A DNA stretch of 63,303 nt, filler included, from Octopus bimaculoides (Eukaryota), in the NCBI RefSeq assembly GCF_001194135.2. It is 5 parts of 5 records of this genome, joined end to end, with 100 filler letters (N's around TTAATTAATTAA, not from the genome) between each part and the next. Parts side by side here need not be neighbours in the genome. Positions count along the whole stretch, not along the records: positions 20,640 to 41,351 come from NC_068983.1; positions 41,452 to 55,148 come from NC_068984.1; 3 more parts are not named here. One strand, given 5' to 3'. Below are positions 40,615 through 52,398 of the stretch, piece by piece. Every line of letters begins with the position of its first letter. The stretch's first letter is position 1. The notes under the pieces are model-generated. The model did not search any database and was not told the origin of the DNA. It saw nothing but the letters and a program-made list of their open reading frames with translations. The position numbers and the translations under genes were made by a program.

Positions 40615-41451
40615 ACTGTTATCTGAGAAACTAAGTCGGCTGGTTGAAAGAATCATCAGCCCGCCGAACAAAAATGCTTAGCTATATTTCTTCCAACTTA
40701 ACGTTCTGAGTTCAAATTCCGCAGAGGTCGACACTTCCTTTTATCCTTTAGGGGTCGATAAAATTACTACCAGTGGAGCACTTGGATCGATGTAATCGAC
40801 TAGCACCTCCTCCCGAAATTTGAGTCATTGTTTTTATTACAGATAGAAATATGCGACAAATTATAAAGCGCTGCGTAATAGGTGTCTTACCCACATTAAA
40901 ACGAGGTAAAAAGCTGGTTGATATGACATGGTTTTTAAGTCGGTTTGTTTAAAAGCGTTACATAGTTTGTATTGGTTTCTTTAATACTTAGATGTATGAA
41001 GCGCAAGTGCTTGCTCATCTCCCACTACATTTATTGCGATTCAATATCAAGAAAGTAAAGGGGAGTAATTCGATACTGCAAGTAATTTTTCCGTTTCTGC
41101 TACGATCGCCTGCCCCTACATCAATTTCTAACCTACTTCTTGATATTGGAAACTTAAGAATTGCTTTCTCCATTGTAGGATAGAAATAAAAATAGCAAAG
41201 ATGACACATTATCGGGGCAGGTTCTCTCAGTCCCCAACCCTCTTTCCTCTCCCTCCCTCTCTCTCCTCTCCCTCCTCTCCCTCTCTCTCCTCTCCCCCTC
41301 TCTCTCCCTCCTCTCTCCCTCTCTCTCTCCTCTCTATGTATGTACATACGTNNNNNNNNNNNNNNNNNNNNNNNNNNNNNNNNNNNNNNNNNNNNTTAAT
41401 TAATTAANNNNNNNNNNNNNNNNNNNNNNNNNNNNNNNNNNNNNNNNNNNN

Positions 41452-41829
41452 AAAAAGCTTCACTTTCTATTTTGTGTGTTCGTGTGTATGAGAGAGAGAG
41501 AGAGAGATAGTAAATACAACATACACACCGCTCTCTCACTCTGTCTCACACACATACACACGCACACACACACACCTTGACTCACTCACACTCTGTCTCT
41601 TACAATCACGCACGCGCGCTCATACACACGTGTGTCTTTGTAAATATGTTTGTATACATTTATGTATGTGTGTGTTTGTAAGAGACAGAGTGTGAGTGAG
41701 TCAAGGTGTGTGTGTGTGCGTGTGTATGTGTGTGAGACAGAGTGAGAGAGCGGTGTGTATGTTGTATTTACTATCTCTCTCTCTCTCTCTCATACACACG
41801 AACACACAAAATAGAAAGTGAAGCTTTTT
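41452..41829. repeat. Perfect inverted repeat: 154-bp arms (41452..41605 and 41676..41829) with a 70-bp spacer
   Basis: Manual reverse-complement comparison shows identical arms. The left arm starts exactly at a gap edge. Confidence 0.92.
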
Positions 41830-42430
41830 GCGGTTGTTACGTCAATACCGGAAGTTGACATTGAGGAACATTTTTAAAGAAGTGAATCTTAAATATAATC
41901 TTAAATATAAAGAAATATTATTTATTTTTAATAATGAGTGTATATATATATATATGTGTGTGTGTGTGTATATATGTATATACATGTGTATATGCAAGTG
42001 CACATATGTATGTATATGTATATACATATATATGTATATGTGTGTGTGTATCAGTATGCATGTATATGTGTATGTTTGTATATGTATATTTATGTATGCA
42101 TGTACGATTGGTATGTGTTGTCCAACCCACTATCCGGCAGCGTCCAATTCTCTAACGGTTTTTTTCAAATGAATCAAGTCATAACCTTATCCATCTATTG
42201 TTTTCATAATCGGTCATAATGTCTTACGTTTAAGATGATTCCCATGCTTTCCCTGATGAGAAGGTTATAATTTTAATATCAAAGATCCCTATGGATCACA
42301 CAGGTTGTAATCCTTTGAAACATATGTAGGAATAAAGTATGCAATTATAACATGCGTTTTCTCCAATCCTTAAATTCTTAAATATACTCAAATAACCAAA
42401 ATTTCAAGGAGTTCCTGCCTTAAAAACAGG

Positions 42431-43411
42431 NNNNNNNNNNNNNNNNNNNNNNNNNNNNNNNNNNNNNNNNNNNNNNNNNNNNNNNNNNNNNNNNNNNNNN
42501 NNNNNNNNNNNNNNNNNNNNNNNNNNNNNNNNNNNNNNNNNNNNNNNNNNNNNNNNNNNNNNNNNNNNNNNNNNNNNNNNNNNNNNNNNNNNNNNNNNNN
42601 NNNNNNNNNNNNNNNNNNNNNNNNNNNNNNNNNNNNNNNNNNNNNNNNNNNNNNNNNNNNNNNNNNNNNNNNNNNNNNNNNNNNNNNNNNNNNNNNNNNN
42701 NNNNNNNNNNNNNNNNNNNNNNNNNNNNNNNNNNNNNNNNNNNNNNNNNNNNNNNNNNNNNNNNNNNNNNNNNNNNNNNNNNNNNNNNNNNNNNNNNNNN
42801 NNNNNNNNNNNNNNNNNNNNNNNNNNNNNNNNNNNNNNNNNNNNNNNNNNNNNNNNNNNNNNNNNNNNNNNNNNNNNNNNNNNNNNNNNNNNNNNNNNNN
42901 NNNNNNNNNNNNNNNNNNNNNNNNNNNNNNNNNNNNNNNNNNNNNNNNNNNNNNNNNNNNNNNNNNNNNNNNNNNNNNNNNNNNNNNNNNNNNNNNNNNN
43001 NNNNNNNNNNNNNNNNNNNNNNNNNNNNNNNNNNNNNNNNNNNNNNNNNNNNNNNNNNNNNNNNNNNNNNNNNNNNNNNNNNNNNNNNNNNNNNNNNNNN
43101 NNNNNNNNNNNNNNNNNNNNNNNNNNNNNNNNNNNNNNNNNNNNNNNNNNNNNNNNNNNNNNNNNNNNNNNNNNNNNNNNNNNNNNNNNNNNNNNNNNNN
43201 NNNNNNNNNNNNNNNNNNNNNNNNNNNNNNNNNNNNNNNNNNNNNNNNNNNNNNNNNNNNNNNNNNNNNNNNNNNNNNNNNNNNNNNNNNNNNNNNNNNN
43301 NNNNNNNNNNNNNNNNNNNNNNNNNNNNNNNNNNNNNNNNNNNNNNNNNNNNNNNNNNNNNNNNNNNNNNNNNNNNNNNNNNNNNNNNNNNNNNNNNNNN
43401 NNNNNNNNNNN
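42431..43411. other. Largest assembly gap in the window
   Basis: Run of N. Other gaps include 7336-7500, 26790-27159, 47449-47760, 56362-56942 and 57843-58142. Confidence 0.99.
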
Positions 43412-44087
43412 ATGTGTATATATATATATAAACCCTATTTTACTAATTGTAGTAGTTATAATTTATAATTATATAGTGTGTATTAATTAGTACAATAATA
43501 TTTTTATTTTTAGTGAATATTATATATTAATAATTAAATAATACTATGATTTTAATAAAATAAATAATATAAATATTTTAATTAATTTATAGTATTTTAG
43601 CTTCTTTCATGTATATTATCTCCATCTTAGAATATCTGAAGAAGGAATTGTATTCCAAAATATCATCGGACTATAGATAACTAAATTACAACGGGTATAT
43701 AGTCCATTTTTTGTATTATAGTGCATTGTTGTACCATTGAAAACTTTTTATTCTTTACAAACAATACGCAATGCTTCAAGTGAACTACAATACTCTCCAA
43801 TCTTTACGTATTTTAATTTATTAGATTTTAAAATTATTTAGATTTTAAAATTTCCAGTAATTGTTTATAATACAGTTAAATTTTTATTATGATTAAAGCT
43901 AAAATACATTTTGATTTTATAAATAAAACTTAAATACATATTTATATATCTCTTTAGTCTATTACTTTTCTTTACGCCATACTTTCACGCAAATTAATTC
44001 TAATAAACGCTAAGTTAAAAGTACAACGTTTAAAATTTTAGTTTAAACTAAAGCTTCAATAAAATAAGTATTGCATTTATTTTCAGT

Positions 44088-44285
44088 AAGCTATCAACTA
44101 CGTCTAGTTTTTCTCCCTGGAATGTGGCAGAAGTTGTTCTCTGCACATTTTCAGTGTTTATTGCTCCTGAACATCTGCCACATACAAAATCTATCTTGCT
44201 AGTTAGCCCTCCTTTGATATTGCTGCACCTCTTATGTGTCCATAGCTTACACTGGCTACATCTTATAGAGTTTCTACCTACTATT
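44088..44285 (-). mobile_element. Second fragment of the RTE-PHD LINE family
   Basis: GRNSIRCSQCKLWTHKRCSNIKGGLTSKIDFVCGRCSGAINT...GEKLDVVDS is highly similar to 50849..51520. Confidence 0.88.
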
Positions 44286-44733
44286 TCTTTATTTTCGACT
44301 ACACAGACTACACACACGCGTGTGCGTGTGTGTATGTCTGTGTTTGTACCTCTACCGTCACTTGACAACCGATGTTGCTCTGTTTGCGCCTCTGTGACTT
44401 AGTTTGGCAAAATGCACTGAAAGAATAAGTAGTAGGCTTACAAAGAATAAATCCTGGGGTTCATTTCTTTGACTAAAGGTGGTGCTCCAGCATGGCCACA
44501 GTCACATGACCAAAACAAGTAAAACAATAAAAAAAATATGCCATTTTAATCCTGAGCAACACCAGGTATCTCTGCTAATGTATATCATCATCATCATCAT
44601 CATCATCATTTAACGTCTGCTTTCCATGCTGGCATGGGTTGAATGATTTGACTGGGGACTGACGAACCAGATGGCTACACCAGACTCCATTCTGATCTGG
44701 CAGAGTTTCTACAGCTGGATGCCCTTCCTAACG

Positions 44734-44777
<44 letters not shown>

Positions 44778-46079
44778 AATATACATACATATAATATTTT
44801 ACGTCCAACCCATGCTAACATGGAAAGTGGACATTAAACGATGATATTTTGACATTATAGGCATTTTTATGGACTACGCCCAATATTTGTTGTCCGCACA
44901 TGCTCTAGGGACTATCATGTTTCAAATCACATCATGTGTATTCAATGATATCATTAAAATACAACAATCACTTTGGAGTTTTTTCTAGTAACTGGTTTGA
45001 AGTAAGAGGTAGAAAGAAGAGACTATCTTCTTAGACATGAATTACCCAACAATTAATATTTTGTACTTCCAGTACCATTGTGTAGCATTTTGGGGAATTG
45101 TCTTCCAGGCCGAACGAAGCATAGTAAGGAGATTTGGTAGACAGAAACTGAAAGAAACCCATTGTATATATATTGGCATGTGCATGCGTGTATGTATGTA
45201 TGTATGCATGTTTACCTGTTTTTCTGATTTAATAACATCTGTCAAGTTCAAATCACTCCCAATAAACAAAACAAAAGGTATGCTCTGTTGTGGAAATCAG
45301 CCACTCTCTGTGTGTGGTTAGAAAAATGTCATTTCTGTTAACCCTTAATATTCCTCTGTCATACTTTCACGTCCCTGAATGCTATGCCCAAGTCAGTTAA
45401 GGGGTCTTGTCTTGTGAGCTACTGAAAAAAAGCATGAAAAATGCATGCAAAAAGCATGCAGTACACTCTGTAAAGTAGTTGGCATTATAAAGAGCATCCA
45501 GCTGCAGAAGCTAAGTCACAGCAGATATTGAAGCTTGGTACAGCCCTCTATAAAAAAAACAAAAAAACAAACAAGAAAAAGTTTGGGAACTATGGCTCTT
45601 AGCAGTATTTTGATGTGCTAGAAATAACTACCAATTTTCACTCATATCACACTCTACTGCCTTAAAAAATGTTGTAAGTATTTGATTACCTAGTCCTAGG
45701 ATACATTGACTGAAAAATAGGATGATTGTGTAAGCATGTAATCACAGGTGAGAAGCCTTGGAGAAGGCTTAAGATATCGTAAATTATTCCTTACATAAAC
45801 TTTGATTATAGACCTATCCAATCAAAGTCACCAACAACACAGCATGGCCATCTTAATTATTTATGTGGAGGCCCTGTTGTTGTGTATTTTGTTGTTTCAC
45901 CTGGTAGCAGCAGTGATGGGGAAATAAACCCATGGCCCACCCTGGACGACACAAACACTAGCTATGTTACTAGTCTAAGCAAACGAGGGATGATCAATAA
46001 GATCATAGGGTTGTCTGAGGACAATGGAAAGCGGTTCAATGGGCTTAAAGTTTGTTCCAAGATTTGATAATGATGTCAG

Positions 46080-46480
46080 TGGTTTTGCACTTTTGTGCAG
46101 ATCAGCTCTCCCTTTGCAGAATAGCATTTTACAAACAGAAGATCAAATAGAAGCTAACTTTGCAAACTGGTTAATTCTTATTCTCTTATATTAACCTATC
46201 CATTACATAGCTTTTTAAAAATATTTGTGTGGGTAATATCCCCTTTGTTAATGTGTTACGGAAACTACTAAAGAAGGCAGGGACTAGTATAATGAGATTG
46301 TATTTGATCTTTGTTCATCTCCAGTTACATATCTGTTCCATGATAACATATTGTATTTTTGTCATTCTATTTCAACAAATATTTTTTATGTGTTTGAAAT
46401 GTTTACATCTGGTTTCAGATATTTTTCTAAGTAAAATTGCACCTCCTCTAAACAATCCAGTTTCCCTGACATACAGTGAA
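46080..46480 (-). mobile_element. Possible very old Neptune-like linker/GIY-YIG remnant
   Basis: Stop-riddled traces RCKHFKHIK and CKVSFYLIFC resemble the Cys linker and CxSxNxIYLIxC motif. Confidence 0.3.
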
Positions 46481-46554
46481 TGCTATAGTGAGGAGGTGGG
46501 GGTCTATGATGTCCATGACTGAACGTTTCAAGTCACAATAGTTCACATTTCAAG

Positions 46555-46745
46555 CAAATTATATCTGTGATAATGAACAACGTGTCCCCACTATGCGAAC
46601 CCTATGAAAGGAAAAAATATATACAGAACTTCATGCACAGCATTCAGTTCTCTGGATATGATCAGAAAGATAGGGTTCGAGCATACAGGGGTGCTAGAAA
46701 GAAATTAGATAACATTACATGTAATGCAATAAGCGAAAATGCACA
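46555..46745 (+). mobile_element. Fragment of a different Penelope-like element (post-RT region, Nematis/Naiad-like)
   Basis: QIISVIMNNVSPLCEPYERKKYIQNFMHSIQFSGYDQKDRVRAYRGARKKLDNI resembles the recalled RxxxNxSP...ER...FM..MQ.SGY....R motif of those clades. Confidence 0.5.
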
Positions 46746-46841
46746 TTGGAAATCAAAAAAAGTAACAATAGATATATACAATTAGATGAATAGAGGTAGG
46801 AATAAAAGTAATAAAAGTCATTATTGTGAATTGTTAAAGAG

Positions 46842-46889
46842 ATTCAAAAGCATACCGGTTTCGTAATTTTACTAATCATTGCTATGAAT
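46842..46889 (-). ncRNA. Minimal type-I hammerhead ribozyme in the Penelope 3' UTR, A3-U8 core variant
   Basis: Minus strand reads attcatagca-ATGATTA-Gtaaaatta C-GAAA-c cg g-TA-tgcttttgaat. Stem I, stem II (G-C closing), a palindromic mini stem III and a GUA cleavage triplet are all present. Confidence 0.7.
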
Positions 46890-49800
46890 GCACACCGAAT
46901 ACTGAATGGTGTCAGGTCTACTAGTTCCTGAGTAAAATGATTATGTGTAAGGGAGGTAAGTAGTTCTGGATTTGGTGCAACTAGGGTAGATCTAGATCTG
47001 TAATGTGAATGATGTATGGGATGTATGGAGGTTAGTGGTATTAAATGGAAGGTTAGTAGTGTTCTATATTATATTATGTGCTCATATTTACATGTGGAAG
47101 GTATTTATTGATGGAAGTTGCCTCTTTATTCATTCTTTCTTGTATTGAGGTGTTCTGTGAACATTGATAGAAGGGAAAAATTAGGAAATTAGGATTAAGA
47201 TTCCTCGCACACCTTTCTATGTGTCCACTGACCTGTATCTGTCTATATTGTAGGTGGTGGATTTGTTCTTTGTGGAGAGTGGTTCTTCTACGGAGTGATA
47301 TTCTTGTTTGGCCAATATAATTATTACCACGCCCTAAGCATGTAATGGCATAGATTAGATTTTCCGAGGCACAGGTGAAATTTGATTTAATTTTAAATAT
47401 TTCCCCTTGTTTAAAGTGGAACTCTGAACCCTCCAAAAGTTGGGGGCANNNNNNNNNNNNNNNNNNNNNNNNNNNNNNNNNNNNNNNNNNNNNNNNNNNN
47501 NNNNNNNNNNNNNNNNNNNNNNNNNNNNNNNNNNNNNNNNNNNNNNNNNNNNNNNNNNNNNNNNNNNNNNNNNNNNNNNNNNNNNNNNNNNNNNNNNNNN
47601 NNNNNNNNNNNNNNNNNNNNNNNNNNNNNNNNNNNNNNNNNNNNNNNNNNNNNNNNNNNNNNNNNNNNNNNNNNNNNNNNNNNNNNNNNNNNNNNNNNNN
47701 NNNNNNNNNNNNNNNNNNNNNNNNNNNNNNNNNNNNNNNNNNNNNNNNNNNNNNNNNNNNTTATGTGTTTGGAGTGGCATGAGTTGAATAATAGGTATTG
47801 TTTAGAATCTGTGGATTTATAGAAGATGTCTGTTTTGATGTGGTTATTGACTATTTTAATTAGGATGTCAAGAAAAGGGAGTTGTTTACTGCTGTGTTCC
47901 ATGGTGAATTGTATGTTGCTATTAATATTGTTAAGCATTATTTTGAAATTGAGGAGTTTGTCCATGCTGTCTTTCCAAAGTACAAAGCAATCGTCCAGAT
48001 ACCTCTTCCAGTTCTCCTTTAAATACTAATGAAAAGAGGTGCCATATTTTTGTAGTGATGATTGATATATTTTAAGCTCTAGGTAACCCTTTACAAGGTT
48101 CGCAATCACTGGCGCAGCTTGGGTTCCCATTGCAATTCCACATTTTTGTCGATAGTAAGCTGTATTGAACATGAAATCGTTGTTCAGTAGGATGAATTTG
48201 AGTGCTGCGATTATGAATTTGTGGTTGATGTGTTCTGGGATCTCTTCTGGGTATTTTTCTAGCCAGAAGGTGATTGCTTCTATACCATAATCATGTGGGA
48301 TATTGGTGTACAAATTCACCACATTGAATGATACTAACAGGGTTCCTTCATTTATTGTCTTCGGGAGGTAGTTAAGCATGTCTAAGTCATCCCTGATGAA
48401 GCTTTTCACATATTTTAGAAACGGTTTGAGTAAGATGTCAAGGAAGTTACTCAAACGGTGGGTTTCGCAAGCAGGGCCAGCAATGATGGGTCTCAGTTTG
48501 AGGTCAGTAGGGGAAGGAACAATAATGCATAGGCTTGGAGAAACTTTGCAAGCTTTACAAACAAGTGGATTTTTGTGTATTTTAGGTAATCCGTAGAATA
48601 GACTAGGTCTGTATTTAAAATTGGATAAATAGTCAATTTCATGTTTAATGAGGCCCTTTCCATGTATTTGAAGTAAAGAGGATAAGTTTTTAAGTGTCTT
48701 CTGTGGGTTGTATTGTACTATCATCTCATAGTGAATATTATTTTCCAACATGGAGAGTATTAACTTTTTGTAGTACTCTGTGTTCATCACCACTACCACA
48801 CTTCCTTTGTCGGCTTCTTTAATGGTGAGGTTTATATCATTTTTTAACTGTTAGGTCTTTCCATTCATTTACATTAAGGTTGGATTTAATTCGTTGTTTT
48901 TGTAGGGTATTAAAAGGAAAACTGGTAATGTGTTCACAAAAAGCATCACATGCTTTATTTCTGCCTTTTGTAGGACACTATTCACTTTTGTTTTTGACTA
49001 TTGACTCATCTTCGCTGGTGTAGTTGTGAAGTGCTTCTGTGAGGCGTAATTTTCAGCAGAAATCCATAGTGTTATCCTTAATTTCATTCGGGTTCAATCT
49101 GCGAGGGGTTGGAGTAAACTTTAAACCTCTTGCTAGAATTTTAGTTTGTGTAATACTTAGGATTTCCTTTGATAAGTTGATTATTTTCAGTTGTTCTTGT
49201 ACATTTTGTTCCATTTCACATCTGTTTCTCTGATTTAGGTCTAAAAAATGGTTGTAGTAGGTGGATTGTTGTGGAAAGTCTGTATTGTGTTTGGTTTGCT
49301 GAGGAGAAAATGGATGTAAAGTGTGTCTGTGGTAGTATTTTTGTGGTGGAGTGACTGTGTAGCGGACTAGATTATGGTTGTACTGAGGGTTGTTATATTG
49401 TCTATGGTTGATGTGGTTAGGGTTAAATTTATTTTTGATATTGTAATGTGGGTGGAGGGAGAAGTTATGTTGTCTAGTTAGGTTGTGTCTAGCTGAATGA
49501 TTGAAGTAACCATGTTGAGGGTTAAGTCTTGGAGGTAAATTCTTCCAGTTATTGTGAGATGATGGGGGTGGATTGGTAGGTATTGGTTCCCAAAAGTTTA
49601 GGTTAGTCTGCCGGTTTCGATGGAACCTTTGATTTGTATGTAGGATGCCTTGAGGATTACGTCCAGATTTTCTATTGTGGGCTGAATTCCTAAATTTTGT
49701 TTGTAAGTTATTTTGGGGTGTAAGAGAGGTTAGGTCGGTGGAGTCTAGATCGTCTGTGGTTTGTGTTAGATAAGCGAGGGTTCATTTCTGTGTATGTTTT

Positions 49801-50576
49801 TTGGTTTATTTTTCTTCAGGAAGGAGTTATCCGATGCATATTCTATGTTGAACTGTGTTCCGTAGTTAATAAAGAAATTGGCTTGTCTTTCCCAGCGTTG
49901 TAGGGAGTTTGTTTCTTCAGCTTCACAAGTTGTTTTCCACAGTTTAAAAACACTTTCCAAGCATTGACCATCTGAATGTTTCTTCAGTTCGTTGTAGATT
50001 TCCTCATCTATGTTCTTAAATTTTTGTTCAATTCTTAGCGCTCTAAGCTTAAGGAGTTCTATTTCTGTCTTCATTTTTTCCAGTGTTAGTTTCTCCCTTA
50101 ACTGCCTTTGTTGGTCCTGCTCGTTTGGAATACGTTTAATTTGGAATTTATGAGGCAAAATTATTGGTGTAGAATTTAACCAGCGTTCATAAATTTCTGC
50201 CTTGTGGTTGTTTTTGATCATGTTCCAGGAAGAAAATTTTCTGGCTTTAAGTTTTTCATTCCCTATGTGGATAATGCGGTTTTTAATTGATGGTGTAAGC
50301 GTGGAGGGGGTTCTGTCTTGTGTATCATCTGTAGGTGAATTTTCATCTAAGTAATTATTATGAGGTAAAGAATGAAGAGTGGTGCATAATTGGGACAAAT
50401 GTTGATTGAGCTGTTCCAGAGATTGTTCTTTCTCTTCTTTTTCTCTTGCCTCTTGTGTAAAGCGAGTGAGTTCATCGATCTTGCTAATTAAAAGTCTCAA
50501 ATTCGTGTTGATCTCTTTCAGTTCTTTAAGAGTCTCTTCGTTGAGAGTTTCAACTGTAGAGTTTGGTGTTTGTGAG
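46842..50576 (-). mobile_element. Penelope-like retroelement (Neptune-like), 5'-truncated and mutated
   Basis: N-terminal ORF 49766..50500. RT frame 48799 to 47761 contains PKIHK, LRPII, LYTNIP, GIAMGT and RYLDDCF, with one in-frame stop at about 48026. GIY-YIG endonuclease 47074..47436 reads TCASENLIYAITC...YIGQT...R...H...P.VN. A gap at 47449..47760 hides the linker. Confidence 0.92.
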
Positions 50577-50679
50577 ACTACTTACCCCCCTTACACATAT
50601 TCTTTTAACTCAGAGACTGATAGACCTGACACTGTTCAGTATTCGGTGTGCATTCAAAGCAATGATCAGTAACATTCCG
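50577..50679 (+). repeat. Inverted copy of the Penelope 3' tail (inverted pseudo-LTR)
   Basis: Ungapped match to the reverse complement of about 46863..46965, with about 14 mismatches in about 103 bp by manual alignment. Confidence 0.85.
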
Positions 50680-51517
50680 GGTAGAAGTAGGGGCCCATCA
50701 GGGTTCAGCCCTCAGTCCCCTTTTATTCATCATAGTCCTCCAGGCAATAACAGAGGAATTCAAGACAGGTTGCCCATGGGAGCTCCTCTATGCTGATGAC
50801 CTGGCCCTCATAGCAGAAGCACTACCAGAACTAGAAAAGAAATTTCGAATGTGGAAGCAAGATTTAGAATCAAAAGGCCTTAGAGTCAATGTAGCAAAGA
50901 CCAAAGTTCTAGTAAGTAGGAAGGTAAACACATCACACACCCCCTCAGGTAAGTGGCCTTGCTCGATCTGTAGAAAAGGTGTAGGTAGAAACTCCATAAG
51001 ATGTACCCAGTGTAAGCTATGGACACATAAGAGGTGCAGCAACATCAAAGGAAGATTAACCGAGAAGATAGCTTTCATGTGCGGCAGATGCACAGGGGCA
51101 ATAAACACCACAGATGCTCAGAAAATAGATTCCATCACACCCCAGGGGAAGAAACTAGAAGTAGTTGATAGCTTCTGCTACCTAGGTGACCAAGTTAGTA
51201 GTGGGGGTGAATGCTCAGAGAGTGTTGCCACTAGAATAAGAATAGCCTGGGCAAAGTTTAGAAAGCTTCTACCCTTACTGATGACAAAGGGCCTCTCGCT
51301 CAGAGTGAAAGGTAGATTGTACGGTGCATGTGTGCTTCACGGTAGTGAAACATGGGCTGTGACTGCAGAGGACATGCATAGGCTCAAAAGAAATGAAGCT
51401 AGCACGATCCGCTGGATGTGTAATGTCAGTGTAGACACACGACAGAGTGTAAGCGCCCTGAGAGAAATGTTGGACATAAGAAGCATAAGATGTGGCATGC
51501 AAGAAATTATGGTTTTT
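50677..51517 (+). mobile_element. RTE-clade LINE fragment: RT with embedded PHD finger, truncated at both ends
   Basis: Open frame: HQGSALSPLLF...LLYADDL...GLRVNVAKTKV, then CSICRKGVGRNSIRCTQCKLWTHKRC...CGRC, then FCYLGD...LHGSETW. Confidence 0.92.
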
Positions 51518-51671
51518 TAGCGCACTGGATAATTTCCGACACTATTCTATAGGAATGCCAGGTCTGCTATGTTGCAAGCATATGGACCAGGTCTCCAGTT
51601 TGACTGTATCGACATCTTCTCCCCTTTCCCTCACCAGTTCAGGAAATCCTGCAGATGCAAATATGAGCATA

Positions 51672-51888
51672 TAAGGGAGTGATGAAAAGTTCCTGGTTCT
51701 GGGTAAAAGAAAATACAGGAGGATCAGTTGATTATTATATTTTTTAACATATCCTCCTCTAAGATTCACACACTTATTGCAGCAGTCCGTCTGTTTTTCT
51801 AAGCCCTGTGAAAGACCTTGGAAGGTTTGGTCTCCAACCAGGCCTTTCGTGACACCCTTAAAGCCAGAAACTTTCCAGCTTCCCTTCG
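51672..51888. mobile_element. Mariner-type MITE (a partial second copy lies at about 39293..39483)
   Basis: Imperfect TIRs taagggagtgatgaaaagttcctggtt / aagccagaaactttccagcttcccttcg in a TA context. The internal sequence is clearly homologous to 39293..39483. Confidence 0.75.
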
Positions 51889-52030
51889 TACTTTTATGTT
51901 GTTCAACTGACAATCTGCTACAACTTTTCACTCTGTGTGTGTGTGCGCACGCGCATATTATAGTAGCTATGTAGCATTTATTTAATATAACAGTTTTCCC
52001 ATTTTACTTACACTGTACCTTGTTTCAGTG

Positions 52031-52398
52031 TGGAGGTGCAATGGCCCAATGGTTAGGGTAGTGGACTCGCGGTTTCGATTCCCAGACCGGGCGTTGTGAA
52101 TGTTTATTGAGCGAAAACACCTAAAGCTCCACGAGGCTCCGGCAGGGGATGGTGGTGAACCCTGCTGTACTCTTTCACCACAACTTTCTCTCACTCTTTC
52201 TTCCTGTTTCTGTTGTGCTTGTAATTCAAAGGGTCAGCCTTGTCGCATTCTGCGTCACGCTGAATATCCCCGAGAACTACGTTAAGGGTACACATGTCTG
52301 TGGAGTGCTCAGCCACTTGCACATTAATTTCACGAGCAGGCTGTTCTGTTGATCGGATCAACTGGAACCCTCGTCGTCATAAGCGACAGAGTGCCAAG
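52031..52398 (+). mobile_element. tRNA-derived SINE, same family as 40244..40614
   Basis: Colinear high similarity to the 40244 copy. Confidence 0.88.
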
